Shown one piece after another: positions 46,866 through 56,151 of a stretch of DNA of 64,000 nucleotides; positions within the stretch are counted from its first letter, which is position 1; every line of letters begins with the position of its first letter. A model generated the notes under the pieces. That model did no database searches, was not told the origin of the DNA, and worked only from the letters and a program-made list of their open reading frames with translations. Position numbers and translations under genes: made by a program. This DNA comes from Verrucomicrobiia bacterium (lineage in GTDB: Bacteria; Zixibacteria; MSB-5A5; DSPP01). The stretch is from positions 20,482 to 84,481 of the forward strand of contig DATLYY010000003.1 of the NCBI GenBank assembly GCA_035574275.1, in the 5' to 3' direction.

Positions 46866-46894
46866 TACCCAATGCCCAAAAACTTGTCAACCCG
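46866..46894 (-). promoter_or_regulatory. TTGACA-N17-TATAAA promoter ending 7 nt before the ATG (leaderless)
   Basis: Minus strand: TTGACAAGTTTTTGGGCATTGGGTATAAAACACCAATGG. Confidence 0.6.
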
Positions 46895-46936
46895 AACCTT
46901 GCCAGCCGTCGTACGTAAAGTTATTTTGGGTGTCCG

Positions 46937-47467
46937 ATGGTTGCCCTGACCAAGTGGTTCGAACGAAAATTCAACTTCGATTTTCCCCTCGGGGTTTTCC
47001 CCACCATTCTCGAACGCCTGCGCGGCACGCCGGTGCGACTGGAGGAACTCACCCGCTCGATTCCGAAGGACTTCCTGACCGTGCAGGCCGACGGCCGCTG
47101 GTCGATTTTGGAAAACGCCGGGCATCTGGATGATTTGGAGGAGCTGCACGAGGGGCGGCTGGATGATTACAAGGCCGGACTGGCAACCCTCCGCCCGGCT
47201 GATTTGCAGAATCAGAAAACGCGGGAGGCCAACCACAATTCCACCCCGCTCGAAGCGATTCTTGCTCGTTTCCGAAAAAGCCGCAAACAATTTCTTGATA
47301 AGTTAACAACCTTTTCAGACGACGAACTCGCACGTGTCGCCCTGCACCCCCGCTTGAAGCAGCCGATGCGGGTGGTGGATATGTGCTACTTCATGGCCGA
47401 GCACGACGACAACCATCTGGCCCGCATTTCCGAAATCGCCCGCGCCTTGCAAGGAAGCAAAAAATGA
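46937..47467 (+). CDS. DinB-family (DinB_2) protein
   Basis: HLDDLEELHEGRL and a C-terminal H.DDNH motif. Confidence 0.7.
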   Translation: MVALTKWFERKFNFDFPLGVFPTILERLRGTPVRLEELTRSIPKDFLTVQADGRWSILENAGHLDDLEELHEGRLDDYKAGLATLRPADLQNQKTREANHNSTPLEAILARFRKSRKQFLDKLTTFSDDELARVALHPRLKQPMRVVDMCYFMAEHDDNHLARISEIARALQGSKK

Positions 47468-48024
47468 AAACCCGCTGCCAATGGGCCGACGGCGACCCGT
47501 TGTATATAACCTATCACGACACCGAATGGGGCGTGCCTCTGCACGAGGACCAAAAGCTTTTCGAGTTTCTCGTTCTGGAAGGGATGCAGGCCGGGCTTTC
47601 CTGGCTCACCATCCTGCGCAAGCGGGAAAACTATCTCGCGGCCTTCGATTACTTCGATCCCGAAAAAGTGGCCCGCTACGATAAGAAGAGAGTGCAAAAG
47701 CTGCTTTCCAATCCCGGCATCATCCGCAACCGGCTTAAAATCGAGTCGGCCATCACCAACGCCCAATCCTTTTTGAAGGTGCAGGAGGAATTCGGCAGTT
47801 TTGACAAATACATCTGGCGGTTTACGGGCGGGACGGTCAAAAAGAACAAATGGAAGACAATCAAGCAGGTCCCCCCCCAAAGCAAGGAATCGGATGCGAT
47901 GAGCAAGGATTTAAAACAACGGGGCTTCAAGTTCGTCGGCTCCACCATCTGCTACGCCCACATGCAGGCCACCGGAATGGTGAACGACCATATGGTGCAC
48001 TGCTTCCGGTATAACGAGCTTTGA
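47464..48024 (+). CDS. tag: DNA-3-methyladenine glycosylase I
   Basis: CQWA..DPLYITYHDTEWGVP, and a zinc-ligand pattern C...H...H..C. The start is set to MKTRCQWA, overlapping the upstream gene by 4 nt. Confidence 0.85.
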   Translation: MKTRCQWADGDPLYITYHDTEWGVPLHEDQKLFEFLVLEGMQAGLSWLTILRKRENYLAAFDYFDPEKVARYDKKRVQKLLSNPGIIRNRLKIESAITNAQSFLKVQEEFGSFDKYIWRFTGGTVKKNKWKTIKQVPPQSKESDAMSKDLKQRGFKFVGSTICYAHMQATGMVNDHMVHCFRYNEL

Positions 48025-48037
48025 TTTCCTTCGAAAA

Positions 48038-48523
48038 GTGACCCCGTTAAAGATTCGTTTTGCCACTCTGAAGGATATTGAGACGCTCGTGACCCATCGC
48101 CGCGGGATGTGGTTCGATATGGGCTATAAAAACAAAGCCGAATTGGATGCCGCCGACAAGGTCTATCGCCTTTGGGCCAAACCGCGGTTGAGAAGCGGCG
48201 AATTAATCGGCTTTATCGTTGAAGTGAGCGGGCAAACCGCCGGCAGCGGCTGCCTCTGGCTCCAGCCGGTCCAGCCCCGTCCCGGCCGTCCCGGATTCAA
48301 AGGGGGCGGCCAACCCTATCTGCTCTCGATGTACACGGAACACCCCTTTCGGGGAAAAGGGGTGGCCACCAAAATCGTGAAGGAGTCCATCCGCTGGGCC
48401 AAAGCCAAAGGATTTCCGCGAATGACCCTGCATGCCTCCGATATGGGGCGAAGCGTTTACGAAAAATTGGGGTTCAAGCAGACCTGGGAGATGAAACTCG
48501 ATCTGAAATCCAAAAACCGTTAA
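48038..48523 (+). CDS. GNAT-family N-acetyltransferase
   Basis: Acetyl-CoA-binding motif RGKGVATKIV. Confidence 0.75.
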   Translation: MTPLKIRFATLKDIETLVTHRRGMWFDMGYKNKAELDAADKVYRLWAKPRLRSGELIGFIVEVSGQTAGSGCLWLQPVQPRPGRPGFKGGGQPYLLSMYTEHPFRGKGVATKIVKESIRWAKAKGFPRMTLHASDMGRSVYEKLGFKQTWEMKLDLKSKNR

Positions 48524-48533
48524 CCCCCAAAAA

Positions 48534-48578
48534 TAAAAAACCCCCTCCGGTTTCCCGGAAGGGGTTTTGTTTTTGGGA
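48534..48578 (+). terminator. bidirectional rho-independent terminator between GNAT and csp1
   Basis: A6-CCCCCTCCGG-TTTC-CCGGAAGGGG-T4GT5. Confidence 0.7.
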
Positions 48579-48580
48579 AC

Positions 48581-48790
48581 CTACGCCTTGACGACGTTGG
48601 CGGCCTGCGGCCCCTTGGGGCCTTCGACCACGTCGAAGCGGACGGTCTCGCCTTCGGCCAACGACTTGAAGCCCTTATCGGCGATTGCCGAATAATGCAC
48701 AAAAACCTCTTTGCCATCATCCATACGGAGAAAACCAAAGCCTTTTGCGTCGTTAAACCACTTAACGGTACCCTGTGCCAGAAAAATCAC
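48581..48790 (-). CDS. cold-shock protein (CspA family), copy 1 of 4
   Basis: RNP1/RNP2 motifs KGFGFL and [11 protein letters not shown] start; the ORF track extension upstream is unlikely. Confidence 0.85.
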   Translation of the reverse strand: MIFLAQGTVKWFNDAKGFGFLRMDDGKEVFVHYSAIADKGFKSLAEGETVRFDVVEGPKGPQAANVVKA

Positions 48791-48910
48791 CACCTTGTTC
48801 TGTTTCGTGTTGCCGGGACTCCCGCCCCCCGTTTGTTTGCGGAGGGCGGAAACCCCTTTGGGCAAAATGCCTCTTTCAGTTTCCCCGATCCAATCGGGGA
48901 GCTCGGGAGA

Positions 48911-49120
48911 TCATCCCTTGACGACGTTGGCCGCCTGCGGCCCTTTCGGACCCTCGACGACGTCGAAGCGGACGGTCTCCCCTTCCTTTAACGACTTGAA
49001 GCCCTTGTCGGCGATTGCCGAGTAGTGCACAAAAACTTCGGTTCCATCCTCCGAACGGAGAAAACCGTACCCTTTTGCGTCGTTAAACCATTTAACGGTG
49101 CCTGTTGCCAGAAAAATCAC
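48911..49120 (-). CDS. cold-shock protein (CspA family), copy 2
   Basis: The same 69-aa architecture as copy 1. Confidence 0.85.
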   Translation of the reverse strand: MIFLATGTVKWFNDAKGYGFLRSEDGTEVFVHYSAIADKGFKSLKEGETVRFDVVEGPKGPQAANVVKG

Positions 49121-49226
49121 CACCTTGTTCTGTTCCGTTGTTGCTGGGTGTTTCGCTTTTGTTTGTCGATACAAACACCCATTTTGGCGCAATTGCCAGA
49201 TTCAAACGGCCGTGGCCGTTTGAAAG

Positions 49227-49436
49227 TTAAGCTTTTACCACGTTGGCGGCCTGCGGCCCCTTGGGGCCTTCCACCACGTCAAAACGGACGGAGTCCCCCT
49301 CCTTGAGCGACTTGAAGCCGTCTCCGCTAAGTGCGGAATAGTGGACGAAAACCTCCTTGCCGTCCTCCATCCGGATGAATCCGTATCCCTTTGCGTCGTT
49401 GAACCATTTAACACTGCCCTGTGCCAAAGTAATCAC
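49227..49436 (-). CDS. cold-shock protein (CspA family), copy 3
   Basis: [20 protein letters not shown]. Confidence 0.85.
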   Translation of the reverse strand: MITLAQGSVKWFNDAKGYGFIRMEDGKEVFVHYSALSGDGFKSLKEGDSVRFDVVEGPKGPQAANVVKA

Positions 49437-49493
49437 CTCGCCTGCTGTTTCATTGTTTCCGTAACCCGCCCTTCTGAAGAAGGACAGGGCTGT

Positions 49494-49706
49494 TTACGCT
49501 TTCACCACGTTGGCGGCCTGCGGTCCCTTGGGGCCTTCCACCACGTCAAAGCGGACGGCATCCCCTTCCTTCAGGGATTTGAACCCCTTGTCCACAATGG
49601 CCGTGTAGTGCACGAAGACCTCCTTGCCGTCATCCATGCGGATGAAGCCGAACCCCTTCGCGTCGTTGAACCATTTAACCGTACCCTGTGCCAAAAAATT
49701 CACCAC
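49494..49706 (-). CDS. cold-shock protein (CspA family), copy 4
   Basis: [21 protein letters not shown]. Confidence 0.85.
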   Translation of the reverse strand: MVNFLAQGTVKWFNDAKGFGFIRMDDGKEVFVHYTAIVDKGFKSLKEGDAVRFDVVEGPKGPQAANVVKA

Positions 49707-49903
49707 CTTTCTTCCGTTTTACGTAAAATGCCTGCGTCTCCCGGGCGTTTTGATTGGATTGTCAACGAGGATTTGCTGCGAGATGCCGGCCCTTTTGGTT
49801 TCCCTAAAAAGCAAAATCCCGCCTGCGGGAAGTGCCACTCCCCGTTGCGGGGTCTTCTTTCCTAATCTGTTTCCTCCAAAATCAACTTCCTTACGCCGTT
49901 GTA

Positions 49904-49932
49904 ACGATACCACGTGAATCGCTGTTTGTCAA
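49904..49932 (-). promoter_or_regulatory. TTGACA-N17-TATCGT promoter with a ~190-nt leader upstream of the csp array
   Basis: TTGACA at minus 49932-49927. A long leader is typical of cspA-type thermosensing 5' UTRs. Confidence 0.4.
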
Positions 49933-49984
49933 GGAATTTTTTGGGCCGGATCCGGAAATTGGAGTCGGCCCAAAGCCGAATCCC

Positions 49985-50566
49985 TTACATCTTGAAGGTC
50001 AATCCGGCCAGAAGGGTCGGAAACTTGGTCGTTTTGTCCGGCGTCGAAATCCAGGTCCAGCGGTATTCGCCGAAAACCTCAAACGGCATCATCGGCGGCG
50101 AGACGGCAAGCCCCAGCATGGCGTGATACGCCGGCTTGGTGGCGTCGTCCGGAATTGGCACCGTGCCGGAGGCGTTGGAAACCGAATAAACCAGCTTGTG
50201 CAGTCCCAGCCCGCCGCCAAAATACGGTTTCACCGTGGACATCGGCATACGCACCTTGGCAAAGGCGTTGGCGGAAAAATCGTTGATTCGCAGTTTGTAG
50301 CTGCCGTACGTCGGGTCGTTGTACGCCTCCTGCTTCCAGTTGTATTCCAGGGAACCCTCGAGAACGAACGCCGGAATCCGCGAAAAGGCGGTGTGCACGC
50401 CGATCATCGTCAGCTTCTTCGGCACGGGAACCCCCGCCGGCGTCCCGCCGATTTGGTAATTGGAAATAAGCCCCCCGCGCACTCCGAACCCGGCCCCCAA
50501 AAGAGCCCAGGCCGGAGCGGAAAGCAAAAAGAAAACGGCCAGCATCAGAACTGTTTTGCGAATCAT
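49985..50566 (-). CDS. outer-membrane beta-barrel protein (OmpW/porin-like), paralog A
   Basis: Signal peptide and alternating amphipathic beta-strands. 60% identical to paralog B. Confidence 0.65.
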   Translation of the reverse strand: MIRKTVLMLAVFFLLSAPAWALLGAGFGVRGGLISNYQIGGTPAGVPVPKKLTMIGVHTAFSRIPAFVLEGSLEYNWKQEAYNDPTYGSYKLRINDFSANAFAKVRMPMSTVKPYFGGGLGLHKLVYSVSNASGTVPIPDDATKPAYHAMLGLAVSPPMMPFEVFGEYRWTWISTPDKTTKFPTLLAGLTFKM

Positions 50567-50654
50567 ATCCTCTCCTTTGTTGGAAATGTGCTTTGCATCC
50601 TTACCAACAATAGTATCGGAAACATCCCATAGTTCCTTAACCGGAAGAACGGGA

Positions 50655-50690
50655 TAAAAAAAGAGGCCGGACGAGCGTCCGGCCCCTTTA
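50655..50690 (-). terminator. rho-independent terminator (GGCCGGACGAGCGTCCGGCC flanked by A/T runs)
   Basis: 8-bp GC stem between the two OMP genes. Confidence 0.65.
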
Positions 50691-50702
50691 GGAATGTATC
50701 GA

Positions 50703-51284
50703 TTAAAGCCTCAGCGTCACCCCCGCCAGAAATGTAGGAAATTCCGTTTTCTTGTCTTCCGTGATCACCCAGGTCCAGCGGTACTCGCCGAATATTTCCA
50801 AAGGAACCGCCAGCGGGGCAAAGGCCATTCCCGCCATCGCATGGTAGGCCGGCTTGGTCTCATCCTCCGGAATCAAAACCACGCCGGAGGCATTGGAGAC
50901 GGAGTACGCCAGCCGGTGCAGGCCGATGCCTCCCCCGCCGTACGGCTTTAAGCTCCCGGTCGGCAGCCGCAGCTTGGCAAAGGCGTTGGCCGAGTAATCG
51001 TTGATTTTCATTTTATAGGAGCCGAAAATCGGGTCGCTTTGGTTCTCCTCTTTCCAGTTGTACTCCAGCGAGGCCTCCAGCATCAAAAGCGAGGCGGAGG
51101 CAAAGTTGGAATGCACCCCCACCATGTTCATCTTCTTGGGGAACTGCGCCCCGGTCGGATTGCCGCCGGTCTGAAAATTCGAGACCAGCCCTCCCCGGAC
51201 GCCGAACCCTCCTCCCGTAAGCCCCCAGGCGGGAACGGATAACAATCCGGCCGCTCCGATGCCCAAAAGCAGGTTGCGAAACAT
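50703..51284 (-). CDS. outer-membrane beta-barrel protein, paralog B
   Basis: Same architecture as 49985-50566. Confidence 0.65.
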   Translation of the reverse strand: MFRNLLLGIGAAGLLSVPAWGLTGGGFGVRGGLVSNFQTGGNPTGAQFPKKMNMVGVHSNFASASLLMLEASLEYNWKEENQSDPIFGSYKMKINDYSANAFAKLRLPTGSLKPYGGGGIGLHRLAYSVSNASGVVLIPEDETKPAYHAMAGMAFAPLAVPLEIFGEYRWTWVITEDKKTEFPTFLAGVTLRL

Positions 51285-51376
51285 GAAACCTCCTCTTCCG
51301 AAGATGGCCTGCCCGTCAGGGAAAAGACCAACTCCTGTTTGCTTTCTTTATACCGGCAAAATGTCGGGGCGGTTCC

Positions 51377-52075
51377 TTATTTCAAAGCGAGGCAGGCAAA
51401 AATCCGCCCCGCCTTTTTGCCGTCCCGGCGATAGGAGGGAAATTTTTCCGCCGAACAGGCCGTGCAGCGCTCATCCTCAAAAATATTTTCCGCGCGGACG
51501 CCGGCTTCTCTTAGCAGTTGCCGGTTGAAGGCCAACAGGTCAATGTGGCGCGGGGAATCCGGACTGCGCGGAAACATAGCCGAGCGCTCCACGTCCACTT
51601 CATAACAGCAGGAATGAATCGAGGGCCCAAGCCAGATGCGAAGGTTTTCGACCCGTGAACCGAACAGCACCACTTGGCGTACAACTTCCGGCACGATTCC
51701 AAGCAAACTTCCCTTCCATCCGGCATGCGCCCCGGCAATCAATTTTCTGGCCGGGTCAAAGAACAAAACAGGTAAACAATCCGCCACTTGAATGACGAGA
51801 AATAAATCCTTTGAATCGGTGATGGCCGCATCCCCGGTTGGAACTTGCATCGGGCGTTCGCCGTTCAGGAATCGGACAACCGTCCCGGAATGCACCTGTT
51901 TCAGATAGACCGGCATTTTCGGCTCAAATCCCGCCTGCGCCCAAGCCGTTCTCAAAAACTCGCCCTTGCTTTCCACCGGCTTTTTGGAAACAAAAATTCC
52001 CGCCGGTACTTCTGAAGGTTTTCCCAAAACACTAACATGTTCAAAACCCGCCTGCACCGATGAAATCCTCTGCAT
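51377..52075 (-). CDS. pgeF: YfiH/PgeF family (DUF152) purine-nucleoside phosphorylase / peptidoglycan editing factor
   Basis: HSGTV, DCLPV and HAGWKG signature motifs. Confidence 0.8.
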   Translation of the reverse strand: MQRISSVQAGFEHVSVLGKPSEVPAGIFVSKKPVESKGEFLRTAWAQAGFEPKMPVYLKQVHSGTVVRFLNGERPMQVPTGDAAITDSKDLFLVIQVADCLPVLFFDPARKLIAGAHAGWKGSLLGIVPEVVRQVVLFGSRVENLRIWLGPSIHSCCYEVDVERSAMFPRSPDSPRHIDLLAFNRQLLREAGVRAENIFEDERCTACSAEKFPSYRRDGKKAGRIFACLALK

Positions 52076-52133
52076 AAATCGCTTCTTTAGGGGTAGCCCG
52101 GAGCCCCTGCTCCGGGGAATATGAAAGAACTAT

Positions 52134-54281
52134 CTACCCCTCCCCTTCCTGCTCGCTCACCCGCTCCACTTCCACCACCCCTTTCACTTTCTTCAGCTCT
52201 TTTATGACCCGCGCCAAATGGGCGACGTTTTTCACCTCGACGATCAAATGCCCCGGCGTCGCCCGTCCTATACTCTCCAGCCCTACCGAGCGGAGGTTGG
52301 AATCCGCCTTGGCCACGGCGTCCGCCACGTCGCGCAGAATGTTTTTCCGCTCCTCGACAATCAATTTGAGCCGCACCACGAACGCCTGTGTCCCTTCCAC
52401 GTTCCAGTCCACCTTCAGCGTCCGGTCCCCGTCGGAGAGAAGCCCCGCCGCATTCGGGCAGTCCCGCCGGTGGATGGAAATCCCCCGCCCGCGGGTGATG
52501 AAGCCGACAATCGGTTCCCCCGGAATCGGCTGGCAGCAGCGCGCGAGGCGATACATCAAATCCCCGCCGGAAAAACTCCCGCTGATGCTTACCCCCTTCG
52601 GTTCCCCTTTCGCCTTTTCGATGATTTTTCGGAAAAGGGACAAATCCGTTTCCGGTTTCCTCTCCGGGACCAGTTTGTGGATGACGGTGAGCAGGGATAA
52701 AGTCCCATCCCCCAAGGCGGCAAAAAGCCCCTCTGCCGAGGTGTAGGAAAAAGACATCGCCAAATCCAAAATCTCCGCATCGGTCGGTTTGAGCCGGAGT
52801 TTTTTTGCCTCCCGCTCCAGCATCTCCTTCCCCAGCGCAACCGCCTGCTCGTATCCCTTCATTTTGAGATAGTGGCGGATTTTCGAGCGGGCGCGGGAGG
52901 TATGCACGATTTTCAGCCAGTCCTGGGTGGGGGTCTGGTGCGGGGAGGTGATGACTTCCACCTCGTCGCCGGACTGCAGGGGCGTCGAAAGCGGCCGCAT
53001 CACCCCGTTGATGCGCGCCCCCGTGCAGCGGTTTCCCACGTCCGTGTGGATGGCATAGGCAAAATCGAGCGGCGTGGCCCCCCTGGGAAGTTCCCGCAGT
53101 TCCCCTTTGGGGGTGAAAACGAATACCTCGTCGGCATACAAATCCAGCTTCAGATATTCCAGAAATTCCGTGGGTGAGGCCATGTCCTTCTGCCATTCGA
53201 TGATTTCCCTAAGCCACGCCACGTGCTTGTCCCCCTCGTCCGCCGTCTTTTTCCCCTCCTTGTAGAGCCAGTGGGCGGCGATGCCGAACTCCGCCAGCCG
53301 GTGCATCTCAAAGGTGCGGATTTGAATCTCCACCGGCCGGTTCAAGGGGCCGATCACGGTGGTGTGCAGGGACTGGTAGCCGTTCGATTTCGGCAGCGCA
53401 ATGTAGTCGTCAAAGCTTTCCCGTATCGGCGTCCAGAGCTGGTGCACGAGCCCCAGCGCATGGTAGCAGTCCCGGACGGTTTCCACGATGACCCGGATGG
53501 CGAACAAATCGTAAATCTCCTCGAACGGTTTTTTGCGCAGCTGCATCTTCCGGAAAATCGAGTCGAAATGCTTCGCCCGCCCCTTGATTTCCGCCTTGAT
53601 TCCCGCCTTTTCCAGTTGCGCGGAAATCGGGTCGATGACGGATTGGAGGTACGCCTCCCGTTCCTCCCGCCGGGCCTGAACCTTTTCGGAAAGCTCCCGG
53701 TACGCCTCCGGATTTAGGTATTTGAACGCCCAGTCCTCCAGTTCCCATTTGAGTTTCCCGATGCCGAACCGGTGCGCCAAAGGGGCGTACACGTCCCGCG
53801 TTTCGGTGGCGATGCGTGCGATTCTATCCTTGGGGAGATGCTCCAAAGTCCGCATATTGTGCAAGCGGTCGGCCAGCTTGATGACAATCACCCGGATGTC
53901 CTTGGCCATCGATAGAAGCAGCTTGCGGAAATACTCCACCTGCTCCTCTTCCACGCTCTGGAATTTGAATTCTCCCAGCTTGGTGACGCCATCCACCAGC
54001 TCGGCGATATCCTCGCCGAAGTCCTGCTTGATTTGCTCCTTGGTCACAGGCGTGTCTTCCAGAACGTCGTGCAGAAGCCCTGCGGCGATGGTGGCGGAGT
54101 CCATGTGCAGTTCCGCCAGAACGAACGCCACTTCCAGGCAGTGTTCGATGAACGGGTCGCCTGACTCCCGCTTCTGCCCGGCGTGCGCCCGGTCGCAGAA
54201 TTCGTACGCCCGCCGCACCAGCGGGATGTCGATGTTGGCGTTGAAGGACTCGACTTTGATGATGAATTCGGCCAGATTCAT
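52134..54281 (-). CDS. rel: bifunctional (p)ppGpp synthetase/hydrolase (RelA/SpoT)
   Basis: HD hydrolase domain (HDVLEDT), RelA/SpoT synthetase domain, and TGS and ACT C-terminal domains. Confidence 0.95.
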   Translation of the reverse strand: MNLAEFIIKVESFNANIDIPLVRRAYEFCDRAHAGQKRESGDPFIEHCLEVAFVLAELHMDSATIAAGLLHDVLEDTPVTKEQIKQDFGEDIAELVDGVTKLGEFKFQSVEEEQVEYFRKLLLSMAKDIRVIVIKLADRLHNMRTLEHLPKDRIARIATETRDVYAPLAHRFGIGKLKWELEDWAFKYLNPEAYRELSEKVQARREEREAYLQSVIDPISAQLEKAGIKAEIKGRAKHFDSIFRKMQLRKKPFEEIYDLFAIRVIVETVRDCYHALGLVHQLWTPIRESFDDYIALPKSNGYQSLHTTVIGPLNRPVEIQIRTFEMHRLAEFGIAAHWLYKEGKKTADEGDKHVAWLREIIEWQKDMASPTEFLEYLKLDLYADEVFVFTPKGELRELPRGATPLDFAYAIHTDVGNRCTGARINGVMRPLSTPLQSGDEVEVITSPHQTPTQDWLKIVHTSRARSKIRHYLKMKGYEQAVALGKEMLEREAKKLRLKPTDAEILDLAMSFSYTSAEGLFAALGDGTLSLLTVIHKLVPERKPETDLSLFRKIIEKAKGEPKGVSISGSFSGGDLMYRLARCCQPIPGEPIVGFITRGRGISIHRRDCPNAAGLLSDGDRTLKVDWNVEGTQAFVVRLKLIVEERKNILRDVADAVAKADSNLRSVGLESIGRATPGHLIVEVKNVAHLARVIKELKKVKGVVEVERVSEQEGEG

Positions 54282-54359
54282 AGAATTAGCTTCGGCAGTT
54301 TGCGCGGCGGTAATACCGGCGGCCGCTCAAATTCAATCTATTACCCGCCCCGAAGGGTG

Positions 54360-55373
54360 TCAACCTTGGGGGGTGGTTTGTGGATGGGAAACAGGGGTTG
54401 CAGTTTTAGAAAGCTCGGCCAAAGCTGCCTGAAAAACATCACCTAATTGGAGAAGCTCCATACAATTTCCCCGGCGGCATGCTCTGGCTTTGCAGTTGCA
54501 TTCCTCCAGCGGAGGAACAAGCGTTTTGGCCTTTGGCCCGAGCGGCCCCCAGCGCCGCGGTGAATTGACCCGCACGGGGCTGTAGATTCCGACAACCGGC
54601 GTGCCAACGAGTGACGCCAGATGCAAGGGGCCTGTGGAGGGAGCGATAACCAATTTGCAGCGGGAATACAAACAGGCCAAATCCCAAATTTCCGTTTTTC
54701 CAGCCAGCGATATACCAAGCTCGTCTACACCTTGTAATTCTGGAACCGAACCCGTCCACAAAACCGAAAACCCGTCCTCGGATAATTTCCTGGCCAGCTC
54801 AACATAATTTTTCTTCGGCCAGTTTGGCGACGACCCCCCCGAACCGGGATGAACGGCAACCCAGTTTTTAGTTAAATCCAGCCCGAATTTTCTCCAGACC
54901 GCCTCCGCCTCTTTTGCATCAATGCCGACGGTCTCGAAATGCAGATTTTTCTCGATGCCCAGCGGCTTCAAAAGCCCAAGTGAATACTCCGCTTCCTGCT
55001 TTTCCGCCTTATGCCGGTGCTCGTAGTGTTTGAGGTTGTAAAGAAAACCGTACCCCCGGTACCCCGTCCCCAGGCGCTTCGGCACCCCGGCCAAAAAGGC
55101 GGCGACTGCCGTCCCCGGCCGCGGGCGAAAAAAAACGGCCAAATCAAATCCCTCGTTCTTCAGGAAGGAATAGAATTGGGAAAACGCTCCAGTATGGCTG
55201 AAAACGTTTTTCCCCGGCAAAAGCCGCACTGCAAGAGGATAAACGCTGGGAGAGACGGCCACCGTGAGCCGCGCGGAGGAAAACGCCTCCTGCAACGCGG
55301 AGATGGCCGGAAGCGTAAGGATAAAATCCCCCATCCGGTCATCCCGCACCGCCAGAATCTTTTTTATTTCCAT
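54360..55373 (-). CDS. GT9-family glycosyltransferase (LPS heptosyltransferase-like)
   Basis: ILAVRDDRMGDFILTLPAI N-terminus typical of ADP-heptose:LPS heptosyltransferases. Confidence 0.8.
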   Translation of the reverse strand: MEIKKILAVRDDRMGDFILTLPAISALQEAFSSARLTVAVSPSVYPLAVRLLPGKNVFSHTGAFSQFYSFLKNEGFDLAVFFRPRPGTAVAAFLAGVPKRLGTGYRGYGFLYNLKHYEHRHKAEKQEAEYSLGLLKPLGIEKNLHFETVGIDAKEAEAVWRKFGLDLTKNWVAVHPGSGGSSPNWPKKNYVELARKLSEDGFSVLWTGSVPELQGVDELGISLAGKTEIWDLACLYSRCKLVIAPSTGPLHLASLVGTPVVGIYSPVRVNSPRRWGPLGPKAKTLVPPLEECNCKARACRRGNCMELLQLGDVFQAALAELSKTATPVSHPQTTPQG

Positions 55374-55374
55374 A

Positions 55375-56151
55375 TTACTTTGTAGGGGCGGTTCGTGAAC
55401 CGCTCCTACCCCGCGACAATTCCCACAGCTTCACATATTTGGAAAAAACGTGAAAGGCCGAGGCCCCGGCCAGAATGAACCCCGCCCGCCCGTCCAGAAA
55501 TCCCGCCTTCAAAAGATACTGCGAAAAAAACTTCGCCGCCGGGTTGGCCAGAATTTTGAAGAGCGACCCCCGCTCCCCCCGCTCAAAAAGCTCCCGCGCC
55601 GAAAGATCCGTGTAGCGGTTCAGCTTCGCCAGATAATGCGAAAAATCCGGGTCGGTGTAATGCAGCAAATCCGCTTCGAGCCGGGCGGAAGGCCCGTCCA
55701 GGATGACCGACTCGTGCACCGGCGCCGGGGTGAACTTTCCTTTATCCTTTTTGAACAGCCGCAAAACCCAGTCCGGATACCACCCCCCGTGCGTAACGAA
55801 CCGGTCCAGAAAAAACGCCTTCCGCTTGAAAAAGTACCCCGCCGTGCCGTTGTCGGTGGTCAATCGTAACGCGATTTCCTCTTTAAGCTCCGGGGTGACA
55901 ACTTCATCCGCATCGATGGACAAAACCCACTCCCCGGTTGCCAGCTCCACCCCCTTCTGCTTCTGTTTTCCAAACCCCTCCCACGGCAGTTGAAAAACCT
56001 TCGCTCCGAATTTTTTGGCAATTTCCACCGTCCCGTCCGTGCTCCCCGAATCCAAAATCAGAATCTCATTCGCCCAGCGGACAGCCCCCAAACACCGCGG
56101 CAGATTCCGTTCCTCGTTTTTGGTCAGGATGACCGCTGAAATCTTAGGCAT
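55375..56151 (-). CDS. GT2-family LPS-core glycosyltransferase (WaaE/KdtX-like)
   Basis: AVILTKNEERNLPRCL...LDSGSTD...DADE. Confidence 0.8.
   Translation of the reverse strand: MPKISAVILTKNEERNLPRCLGAVRWANEILILDSGSTDGTVEIAKKFGAKVFQLPWEGFGKQKQKGVELATGEWVLSIDADEVVTPELKEEIALRLTTDNGTAGYFFKRKAFFLDRFVTHGGWYPDWVLRLFKKDKGKFTPAPVHESVILDGPSARLEADLLHYTDPDFSHYLAKLNRYTDLSARELFERGERGSLFKILANPAAKFFSQYLLKAGFLDGRAGFILAGASAFHVFSKYVKLWELSRGRSGSRTAPTK

Noticed and set aside
48581-49706. Regularly spaced ~330-bp repeats that might suggest a CRISPR or other array
   Set aside because: The repeats are full cold-shock protein genes with intact RNP motifs, not short direct repeats with spacers.
52087-53196. 369-aa minus-strand ORF (Gly/Arg-rich)
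   Set aside because: It is an alternate frame inside the strongly supported rel gene.
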